From Oscillospiraceae bacterium (GTDB taxonomy: Bacteria; Bacillota; Clostridia; Oscillospirales; Oscillospiraceae), in contig JAFTVV010000007.1 in NCBI GenBank assembly GCA_017465625.1, positions 5,935 to 69,934 on the forward strand: DNA of 64,000 nucleotides. The letters run 5' to 3'. The first letter of the stretch is position 1. Every line of letters begins with the position of its first letter. The notes under the pieces are model-generated. The model was not told the origin of the DNA, ran no database searches, and saw only the letters and a list, made by a program, of their open reading frames with translations. Positions 1 to 8,022 of this stretch are shown here, in pieces. The position numbers and the translations under genes are program-made.

Positions 1-986
1 ATGAGCTTACGGATGCAATTATAAAATCTGCCTATGAAAAGGGCGTTGCGGTGTGCGTTTTTGCTTTTCCGGATATTGATTATGAAACCAAAACCGTGAA
101 GGCGAAAAAGTGGGACGGCACGCAATACGTGGATATTGTGACCCCTATACCCCCGATCGTAGACTCCCGTCAGCCGTTGGGCACTCATTCTAAAGCAATG
201 CGTTTTTATGCCACTCAGGTGGAGTGGCTGCAGGCATACACCCGGGTTTTGGGTACAGGAGGCCTCGCTAAAAAAGCCCTGTCTGAATGCCTTTTTGCCA
301 GTAAATACGGCGCCCACGGCATTATGACCTTCGGTGTTGAAACCTATGAACAGGTCGTGACGAGTGTTGTAATTATGCAGGACTGTATCATCAAGCCCTC
401 CGGCGGCAGACAGGGAAGAGGTGTTCTTTCTGCCAAAATGGATGGTGCTTCTGTTTTGATCAACGATGGTGAGCGTATCCAGCCCCTTACAGAGGCCTAC
501 TGGGCACAGTACATACAGAAACTGACAGACGAGGATCTGAAGATGCCCATTATTCAGCCCCGTTTGAATTTCAAGTTTGAGGGCAAGGCAATGGATTTTC
601 GCTTACTGACGGCGAAAGGTCGTTCCGGAACTTGGGAGATTATTAAAATCTATGCCCGGGTGGGCAGCAATGAGGTGACCTCCAATGTATCCCGGGGCGG
701 CTACCGGGATAACCTGACCGTTGTGCTGCAGAAGCTGTGTCCGGAGCAGGCAGAACGGCTGGAAAAGGAGCTTTATGAACTGGCACTGGGTGTGCCGGAA
801 GTCATCGAACAAAACAATTCGTCGGCCGCCAATTACTTTGGCATTGACGTGGGCATCGACTGCGACACGATGCAGACCTACGTGGTGGAAGCGAACACCT
901 TCCCGCAGCCCGGTGTATCCGCAAAGGAAATTGCAGACAAGAAAACCGACTACTATTTATACCTGCTGGAGCAGGCAAAGAAGTAA
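1..986 (+). CDS. YheC/YheD-like ATP-grasp protein (5' end probably outside the window)
   Basis: Frame open from base 3; ATP-grasp motifs IKPSGGRQGRGV, IIQP..DFRLL, TSNVSRGG, GIDVGID..VEANTFP. Confidence 0.7.
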   Translation, partial: ELTDAIIKSAYEKGVAVCVFAFPDIDYETKTVKAKKWDGTQYVDIVTPIPPIVDSRQPLGTHSKAMRFYATQVEWLQAYTRVLGTGGLAKKALSECLFASKYGAHGIMTFGVETYEQVVTSVVIMQDCIIKPSGGRQGRGVLSAKMDGASVLINDGERIQPLTEAYWAQYIQKLTDEDLKMPIIQPRLNFKFEGKAMDFRLLTAKGRSGTWEIIKIYARVGSNEVTSNVSRGGYRDNLTVVLQKLCPEQAERLEKELYELALGVPEVIEQNNSSAANYFGIDVGIDCDTMQTYVVEANTFPQPGVSAKEIADKKTDYYLYLLEQAKK

Positions 987-1188
987 TCAGAGCTTCTAAA
1001 ATACTGCAGATGCAGGAAGATGGTATAATTGCTAAAAAAAACCTATAAAAACCGTCATTTTGCACAATTGCAGTGGCGCAGAAGTTGTGATAAAATACTA
1101 TCATCCGAACCTATGGTGTCTACTCCACAAAATAGCCGCCATAAGGTAAAAAAAGGAGGAAAATCAACATCCGTTAGACTCACGGTGC

Positions 1189-1281
1189 GGCAGTGTGGAG
1201 ACCTGTCGTAAAGCGTCCACTGTTTTGCTCGGTGTTCGCAAGAGTATACGCGAGGAGTCGGTATACTTAGAGTCGTGTATT
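1189..1281 (+). promoter_or_regulatory. Structured 5' leader of malK/msmX (candidate malK-type cis-regulatory RNA)
   Basis: Hairpins GTGGA..TCCAC and AGTATAC-G-CGA-GGAG-TCG-GTATACT just upstream of the ATG at 1282. Confidence 0.4.
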
Positions 1282-2493
1282 ATGGCAAGTTTGTCCCTGA
1301 GAAACATCAAGAAGATCTACCCCCACAACAGCGATGACCAGAAGGCCGCAAAGAAGATGGCCCGTAAGGCCAAGAAAAACGGCGAACCCGTAGAGGAAAA
1401 GAAGGTTAATCTGCAGATTACCGAGCAGGGCGTTGTAGCCGTGCAGGAGTTCAATCTGGAGATTGCCGACAAGGAATTTATCGTTTTGGTCGGTCCTTCC
1501 GGCTGTGGTAAGTCCACTACTCTGCGTATGGTTGCCGGTCTGGAAGAGATCAGCGAAGGCGAGCTGTACATCGGCGATCGCCTGGTAAACGACGTAGCTC
1601 CCAAGGACCGCGATATCGCAATGGTCTTCCAGAACTACGCTCTGTACCCCCACATGTCCGTGTATGACAACCTGGCATTTGCTCTGAAGCTGCGCCACAT
1701 GCCCAAGGCAGAGATCGACAAGAAGGTTCGCGAAGCGGCCGAAATTCTGGACATCACTGCTCTGCTGGCTCGTAAGCCCAAGGCTCTGTCCGGTGGTCAG
1801 CGTCAGCGTGTAGCCATCGGCCGTGCAATCGTGCGTGACCCCCAGGTTATGCTGATGGACGAGCCTCTCTCCAACCTGGACGCCAAGCTGCGTAACCAGA
1901 TGCGTGCTGAGATCATTCGCCTGCGTGAGCGTATCAATACAACCTTTATCTACGTTACCCACGACCAGACCGAGGCTATGACCTTGGGCGATCGTATCGT
2001 CATTATGAAGGACGGCTACATTCAGCAGATCGGCACTCCTCAGGAAGTGTTCCATCATCCCTACAACCTGTTCGTAGCAGGCTTCATCGGCTCTCCCCAG
2101 ATGAACATCTTCGATGCTATGCTGAAGAAGGTAGACGGCAAGTATGCTGTAGAGCTGGGCGGCCACACTGTGGTTCTGTCCGACGACAAGCAGGCTGCTC
2201 TGGCTGCCAACAATGTGGCTGAGCAGGAGATCCTGTTGGGTCTGCGTCCCGAGCACATTGTGCTGGGCAACGAGGGTGTTGCTGCTACCATCAATGTGCA
2301 CGAGCTGATGGGCTCTTCCATCCACCTGCACGTTGACTGCTGTGGCAAGGAAGCCATCGCCATTGTCGATACTATGAATATGACCGGTGCTGAGGTTGCA
2401 GCACTGTCCACCGGTGTTCAGGTAACACTGGGCTTCGGTGGCAATGTGTGCCACGTGTTCAACAAGGAAACCGGCATCAACCTGGAAGCTTAA
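1282..2493 (+). CDS. msmX: Sugar ABC transporter ATPase (MalK/MsmX family) with Lys-rich N-terminal insertion
   Basis: GPSGCGKST, LSGGQRQR, LMDEPLSNLDAKLR, YVTHDQTEAMT, FIGSPQMN. Confidence 0.9.
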   Translation: MASLSLRNIKKIYPHNSDDQKAAKKMARKAKKNGEPVEEKKVNLQITEQGVVAVQEFNLEIADKEFIVLVGPSGCGKSTTLRMVAGLEEISEGELYIGDRLVNDVAPKDRDIAMVFQNYALYPHMSVYDNLAFALKLRHMPKAEIDKKVREAAEILDITALLARKPKALSGGQRQRVAIGRAIVRDPQVMLMDEPLSNLDAKLRNQMRAEIIRLRERINTTFIYVTHDQTEAMTLGDRIVIMKDGYIQQIGTPQEVFHHPYNLFVAGFIGSPQMNIFDAMLKKVDGKYAVELGGHTVVLSDDKQAALAANNVAEQEILLGLRPEHIVLGNEGVAATINVHELMGSSIHLHVDCCGKEAIAIVDTMNMTGAEVAALSTGVQVTLGFGGNVCHVFNKETGINLEA

Positions 2494-2501
2494 TCAGAAT
2501 C

Positions 2502-2532
2502 AAAAACGGGGTCAGATCACTGACCCCGTTTT
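2502..2532. terminator. Intrinsic terminator
   Basis: AAAACGGGGTCA-gatcac-TGACCCCGTTTT. Confidence 0.85.
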
Positions 2533-2599
2533 CATATCTTGCAAGATTTGTCAAATATGCTATAATAAAGTCATATATAGGAAAATGGAGGGATTCCCT

Positions 2600-3430
2600 A
2601 TGAGCAGAGCAGACGAAATTTACCGCGCCACGTGTCTGGACATTCTGGAAAACGGCTTTTATGACACGGATTTGCAGGTGCGTCCCCGTTGGGCGGACGG
2701 CACACCTGCCCACACGGTCAAGAAGTTTGGCGTGGTCAATCGGTATAATCTGCAGGAGGAATTTCCCCTGATGACCCTGCGCCGTACCTACTGGAAGTCC
2801 GCGCTGGATGAGCTTTTGTGGATCTGGCAGAAGAAGTCCAACCGCATTGCGGACTTGGGCAGTCACGTATGGGACGAATGGGCAGGGGAGGACGGCACCA
2901 TCGGCAAGGCCTACGGCTATCAGCTGGGGCTGAAGCATCAGTATAAAGAGGGTGTTTTCGATCAGGTAGACCGTGTGATCTACGACCTGAAAAACAATCC
3001 TGCATCCCGTCGCATCCTTACCAACATCTATAATTTTGAGGATTTGCACGAGATGAATCTCTATCCCTGCGCCTATTCTATGACCTTTAATGTGACCGGC
3101 AATACCCTCAATGCCATTTTGAATCAGCGCAGTCAGGATATGCTCACTGCCAACAACTGGAACGTGTGTCAGTACGCTATGCTGACCATGATGATGGCTC
3201 AGGTTGCAGGCCTGCATGCAGGCGAATTGGTGCACGTGATTGCGGACTGCCATATTTATGACCGTCATATTCCTGCGGTCAAGGCAATGCTGGAAAAGCA
3301 GGGGTATCCTGCTCCCAAGGTGACATTGGATCCGTCGGTTACGGATTTTTACAGCTTCACCAAGGATAGCTTTAAGGTGGAGGATTACCAGTTCCACCCC
3401 TTTGATTTTGAAATTCCCATGGCGATTTGA
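2600..3430 (+). CDS. thyA: Thymidylate synthase
   Basis: ELLWIW, SRRI, LYPCA catalytic Cys, QRSQD, HIYDRH; next to DHFR. Confidence 0.95.
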   Translation: MSRADEIYRATCLDILENGFYDTDLQVRPRWADGTPAHTVKKFGVVNRYNLQEEFPLMTLRRTYWKSALDELLWIWQKKSNRIADLGSHVWDEWAGEDGTIGKAYGYQLGLKHQYKEGVFDQVDRVIYDLKNNPASRRILTNIYNFEDLHEMNLYPCAYSMTFNVTGNTLNAILNQRSQDMLTANNWNVCQYAMLTMMMAQVAGLHAGELVHVIADCHIYDRHIPAVKAMLEKQGYPAPKVTLDPSVTDFYSFTKDSFKVEDYQFHPFDFEIPMAI

Positions 3431-3438
3431 GGTAAAGT

Positions 3439-3918
3439 ATGGAACTGATTGTTGCAGTATATGCAGATTGGGGCATCGGCAAGGACGGCACACAGCCGGT
3501 GGCACTGAGAGCGGACCGCAAATTCTTCCGGGAGACGACCCGTGGCGCGATGGTGATCGTGGGCCGAAAAACCGTGGACGATTTTCCCGGTAAAAAGCCT
3601 CTGCCCAACCGTGAAAACGTGGTCATCAGCCGCACCGTGACGGAAATGCCCGGTTTTACGGTATGCCGATCGGTGGAGGAGGCGGTGCAGTACGCAAAGA
3701 ATGCACCCCGGGCGATGGTGATCGGCGGCGGCAGAATCTATGAGGAGATGCTTCCTTATTGCGATCAGGCCTATATTACAAAGTTAGGCTGTACCGTGGA
3801 GTGCGACACTTATTTTCCCAATCTGGACGAGCACCCCGATTGGGTGGCATCCACACTTTTGGAGCAGGGAGAAGAAGACGGCATCTCCTACGAAATGTGG
3901 CTGTATACAAGAAAATAA
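3439..3918 (+). CDS. folA: Dihydrofolate reductase
   Basis: WGIGKDG, VIVGRKT, PLPNRENVVIS, VIGGG, CDTYFP. Confidence 0.93.
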   Translation: MELIVAVYADWGIGKDGTQPVALRADRKFFRETTRGAMVIVGRKTVDDFPGKKPLPNRENVVISRTVTEMPGFTVCRSVEEAVQYAKNAPRAMVIGGGRIYEEMLPYCDQAYITKLGCTVECDTYFPNLDEHPDWVASTLLEQGEEDGISYEMWLYTRK

Positions 3919-3948
3919 CGGGACGGCAATGCCGTCCCGTTTCGTTTT
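3916..3948. terminator. Bidirectional terminator
   Basis: AACGGGACGGC-aat-GCCGTCCCGTT between convergent genes. Confidence 0.8.
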
Positions 3949-4238
3949 CAGTTTTCAAACTGGATGATGTCCTTGTAGCGCTCCTTGAAAATGCCGTAAA
4001 CAGCGTCCAGGATGGCGGTATCGTCTACGGACAGGTAGTTTTCCAGTTCCTCGTCCACAGGCTCTACCTCCAAAATGACGATGCCGTTTTCTTCATCGTC
4101 CAGGGGCAGGAGAATCAGGTATTCCTTGCCTTCGTATTCGATGCAGTCCAGATACTCAAAATCCGTGTCTACACCGTTTTCGTCGGTGAGGGTCAGGGTT
4201 GCAGCTTCCTCTTCCTGCAGCAGTTCTTCGTTTTCCAT
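3948..4238 (-). CDS. DUF1292-like acidic protein
   Basis: TLTDENG..FEYLDCIEYEGKEYLILLP pattern; AGGAGG RBS. Confidence 0.75.
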   Translation of the reverse strand: MENEELLQEEEAATLTLTDENGVDTDFEYLDCIEYEGKEYLILLPLDDEENGIVILEVEPVDEELENYLSVDDTAILDAVYGIFKERYKDIIQFEN

Positions 4239-4304
4239 AATGGCCTCCTTGATGGTTTTTCTTTGATTATATCCTGAAAAGGAGGCTGTGTCAATGCGAA
4301 ATCG

Positions 4305-4739
4305 TTACAGATAGCCTCGAAGATCGGTAGCAAGCTGTTCTTCCAAATGAATCAGCCGTTTCGCCATATCCTTCGTGTATTCCTCTGCCGCGCCATATTG
4401 ATTCAGGTATCGGTTTAAGGATTTGACGCCCATATTGCACCCGTCGGTCATCAGGGAGGCAATGGTGGCATCGGTTTCGTTCAGTCCCAATTTGAATGAA
4501 GTTTTCATGGTGCTCATACTTTTGGCGATGAGATTTGGGTTTTTGCCTTCGTCGTCAAAGCGCTGAAGACGGGACTGAATTTTCTCGTGCAGCTGGTCGT
4601 GCTGGGTTTTGCAGTCCTTCAGGATGTGATAGAGTGCTTTGCTTTTGGCGTGGGGCAAAACGTCCTCGATGGAGGAAATGCCCATCTTCACGCCGGCATC
4701 ACATTCCCGAAGCAGCTTAATGGTGTCTTTTTCTATCAT
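4305..4739 (-). CDS. Conserved hypothetical protein (ferritin-like helical bundle)
   Basis: 144-aa helical ORF with GGAGG RBS. Confidence 0.65.
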   Translation of the reverse strand: MIEKDTIKLLRECDAGVKMGISSIEDVLPHAKSKALYHILKDCKTQHDQLHEKIQSRLQRFDDEGKNPNLIAKSMSTMKTSFKLGLNETDATIASLMTDGCNMGVKSLNRYLNQYGAAEEYTKDMAKRLIHLEEQLATDLRGYL

Positions 4740-5490
4740 AACTAAACCTCCTTTAGGGGTTATTTTCCCACCAAAAGGGCAAAAAAATACCCCCCATCAG
4801 GGGAGAAATAAAAAAGTGAAATGACCCTTGCCTACCGCTTCTTGTCTGACTCAAAAAACGTTTTTTTGTAGACAAGGGTCATTTCTGTTCACTCTTAGTA
4901 TCTAACATCCTTGGTTAACCTCTCTTTCTACAGAATATATAACGATAACCTTTTGTCGAAATCCACTCCGCAACGTGATACACAACTAATTTTTCATCCT
5001 CTATGCTCGAAAAGCGAGCCATCCTTTTACGTGCCGGAACATTTCCCTTGGGAGGTTATCGCTTAAAAGACCTTCGGTGCAATCTAAACGGTATGTCCAA
5101 ATGCTGGCCATATTTATTTTATATTTTATTCAGCATTTCAGGTTTGCATCGTCTTATACGTTTGCGTATTTTTTCAATGTAGAATGTTTTTCAAATTTGT
5201 AGGTTTAAAAATTACTTACACATATATTCTCACATTGGACGATCCGTTTTTTGAAGCAACCGGAAGATCTTATTTACGTGTACATCGGTATCACCCTTTC
5301 TGACTATAAAGTACCATAAAGGATGGGAAAATACAAGATGGGATATTGTACAAAGTAAATAAAACCGTTTTGTATAATGCTCATAAACTTGGTAGACTTT
5401 TACAAAAAGTTATTGACAACTCCTATGCAATTGTGATACTGTAATACTGTTGGGGCTGTCTTGCAAAGGCAAAACCATCAATTTCAAATT

Positions 5491-5611
5491 GTAGGGACAC
5501 CCGTCCCCGGGTGTCCGAGATACAAAAACAGTACAAAACCTGCGCGATTTACGCAGATTTTGTACTGTTTTTACGTATTGACCGCGGTCACCTCAGGAGA
5601 GATGACCCTAC
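5491..5611. repeat. REPIN-like unit: two inverted GTAG-type REP palindromes around a central hairpin
   Basis: GTAGGGACACCCGTCCCCGGGTGTCCG (5491) and inverted GTAGGGTCATCTCTCCTGAGGTGACCG (5611-5585); inner IR AAAACAGTACAAAA/TTTTGTACTGTTTT. Confidence 0.6.
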
Positions 5612-5651
5612 GAAACCATTTTAAGACAGTGCAAACTTTTTGTTCTGCACT

Positions 5652-7133
5652 TTACTGTCTGTAATATTTGAAAAAGTCTGTCATCTTCTCAACGGCCTCT
5701 TCCAGCACCTCAATACGGGGAAGGTAAACGATGCGGAAATGGTCCGGCTGCTTCCAGTTGAAGCCCTTGCCGCTGATGAGCAGAATTTTCTTTTCCCGCA
5801 GCAGATCGAAGGTGAACTGCTCATCGTCGGTGATGTTGAAGCGTTTCACGTCAATTTTGGGGAAGATGTAAAAGCCGGCTTTGGGCTTGACGGCGGAGAG
5901 CCCGGGGATCTCGTTGATGGCCTTGTAAATGTATTCGCACTGCTCGTACACTCTGCCGCCGGGGGTGATGTAGTTTTGCACGCTTTGGTAGCCGCCTAAG
6001 GCCGTCTGCACGATGGACTGGGCAGGGACGTTGGAGCAAAGGCGCATATTGGAAAGCATATTCAGCCCCTCCATATAATCCCGACCCAACCGCTTATTGC
6101 CGCTGATGACCATCCAGCCTACGCGGAAACCGGCGACCATATGAGATTTGGAAAGACCGCTAAAAGTGACGCAGAACAGATCCGGCGCTAAGGAGGCAAT
6201 GGAAACGTGCTCTTCTCCGTTGAGAATCAGCCGGTCGTAGACCTCGTCGGAGAATATCATCAGCCCGAACTCTCTTGCCACATCAACAATTTGCTGCAGT
6301 ACCTCACGGGGATACAGCGCACCGGTGGGGTTATTGGGATTGATGATGACGATGGCCTTGGTTTTGCTTGTGATTTTGCGACGGATGTCGGCAACATCGG
6401 GATACCACTCGCTCTGCTCGTCGCATACATAGTGTACCGCAGTGCCGCCGGAAAGGGTGACACAGGCAGTCCAAAGGGGGTAGTCGGGGGAGGGGATCAG
6501 CACCTCATCCCCGTTGTCCAGCAGCGCAGACATACTCAGATTGATCAGCTCGCTGACGCCGTTGCCGGTGTATATATCGTCCACAGAGAGGTTGGGAACG
6601 TTTTTGTTTTGCATATACTGCATAATGGCCTTCCGCGCGGAGAACAGACCCTTGGCGTGGGAGTAGCCCTCGCAGTTGGTCAGTTGGGACTGCATATCGT
6701 AAATGACCTCGTCGGGGGCAGTGAAACCGAAGGGGGCGGGATTGCCGATGTTTAATTTGAGCACGTGGATACCGGCAGCCTCCATACGGGCGGCCTCCTC
6801 CACCACAGGACCGCGGACGTCATAAAGCACGTGATCCAGTTTTGAAGATTTTTGAAATGTACGCATAGGAATATCTCCCTGATTACTGAAATTGGGTTTT
6901 GAATTGGAGGGTGCTTCGTCGCCCCGAAGCCAGGAGACGGAAACGCCCAAAGTGTCTGCCAATAAGGACATAATGCCCTCTCTGGGGACGGTTTTGCCAC
7001 TGACATATTGGCTGATGTGGCTTTTGCCCAGCTTGATGTGGGCGTTTTCTGCCGCACGCAGAATGTCAATTTGCTTCATATTCTTGTGCTTCATGGCCTC
7101 TAAGAGGCGTGAAGCAAACAAAGAGCCTTCCAT
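5652..7133 (-). CDS. XRE-type HTH fused to PLP-dependent class I/II aminotransferase (AlaA-like)
   Basis: N-terminal HTH (SHISQYVSGKTVP..LADTLGVSVSWL), then YDVRGPV, LNIGNPAPFGF, NPNNPTG, GLSKSH; GGAGGT RBS before ATG 7133. Confidence 0.88.
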   Translation of the reverse strand: MEGSLFASRLLEAMKHKNMKQIDILRAAENAHIKLGKSHISQYVSGKTVPREGIMSLLADTLGVSVSWLRGDEAPSNSKPNFSNQGDIPMRTFQKSSKLDHVLYDVRGPVVEEAARMEAAGIHVLKLNIGNPAPFGFTAPDEVIYDMQSQLTNCEGYSHAKGLFSARKAIMQYMQNKNVPNLSVDDIYTGNGVSELINLSMSALLDNGDEVLIPSPDYPLWTACVTLSGGTAVHYVCDEQSEWYPDVADIRRKITSKTKAIVIINPNNPTGALYPREVLQQIVDVAREFGLMIFSDEVYDRLILNGEEHVSIASLAPDLFCVTFSGLSKSHMVAGFRVGWMVISGNKRLGRDYMEGLNMLSNMRLCSNVPAQSIVQTALGGYQSVQNYITPGGRVYEQCEYIYKAINEIPGLSAVKPKAGFYIFPKIDVKRFNITDDEQFTFDLLREKKILLISGKGFNWKQPDHFRIVYLPRIEVLEEAVEKMTDFFKYYRQ

Positions 7134-7146
7134 AAGCACCTCCAAA

Positions 7147-7170
7147 TTGAACTTTTTAAAGAAAGTTCAA
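7147..7170. promoter_or_regulatory. Palindromic operator upstream of the XRE-aminotransferase
   Basis: TTGAACTTT-N6-AAAGTTCAA; extra half-site at 7224-7232. Confidence 0.55.
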
Positions 7171-7313
7171 ATCTAATGGTGTAATTATAGCACTACATAG
7201 AAAAAAATCAACCGTTTTTACAAAAAGTTCAATTTAGAATGGGATTTTTTTTGTTGCCATATGATGTTACACAGTGGTATAATAATAAAAATACTGTCTG
7301 CGAGGGCTGGAAT

Positions 7314-8018
7314 ATGGGACAATTTGTGAAATTTGAAAATGTATCGAAAATATATCGGATGGGCGAAGTGGAGATTAAGGCACTGCACAATGCATCCTTT
7401 TCCATTGAAAAGGGAGAAATTTGCGTAATTGTAGGCCCTTCCGGTGCAGGTAAAACCACACTACTAAACATTCTCGGTGGAATGGATACCCTTTCTGCCG
7501 GTAAAGTGACGGTGGACGGAGAGGACATTTCCCGGTATAACGAGAAAAAGCTCACCGATTATCGCCGTTATGATGTGGGCTTTGTGTTTCAGTTTTACAA
7601 TTTGATTGGGAATTTAACCGCCATCGAAAATGTGGAGCTGGCAACGCAAATTTGCAAAGAACCCTTGTCACCCATGGAAATGATCAAGCAGGTGGGACTG
7701 GAAGATCGGGCGCTGAATTTTCCGTCACAGCTTTCAGGCGGTGAACAGCAGAGAGTATCCATCGCAAGGGCACTGGCCAAAAACCCGAAGCTGCTGCTTT
7801 GCGATGAGCCTACCGGTGCACTGGACTACGTTACAGGCAAGCAGATTCTGAAGCTTTTGCAGGATACCGCAAGAAATACCGGTATGACGGTGGTGATTAT
7901 CACCCACAACAGCGCATTAACCGCCATGGCGGATCGGGTCATTCGGGTGAAAAACGGAACGGTGGAGCAGGAATATAAAAATGAAGCTGTTACACCTGTG
8001 GAAGAAATTGAGTGGTAA
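7314..8018 (+). CDS. ABC transporter ATP-binding protein (LolD/MacB-like)
   Basis: [34 protein letters not shown]. Confidence 0.9.
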   Translation: MGQFVKFENVSKIYRMGEVEIKALHNASFSIEKGEICVIVGPSGAGKTTLLNILGGMDTLSAGKVTVDGEDISRYNEKKLTDYRRYDVGFVFQFYNLIGNLTAIENVELATQICKEPLSPMEMIKQVGLEDRALNFPSQLSGGEQQRVSIARALAKNPKLLLCDEPTGALDYVTGKQILKLLQDTARNTGMTVVIITHNSALTAMADRVIRVKNGTVEQEYKNEAVTPVEEIEW

Positions 8019-8022
8019 GACG

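Noticed and set aside
1267-2454. Long antisense ORFs (also 38177-39883, 43153-45492, 53558-56032, 57352-58467)
   Set aside because: They mirror well-supported genes on the opposite strand, have no RBS or motifs, and are an expected by-product of codon bias.
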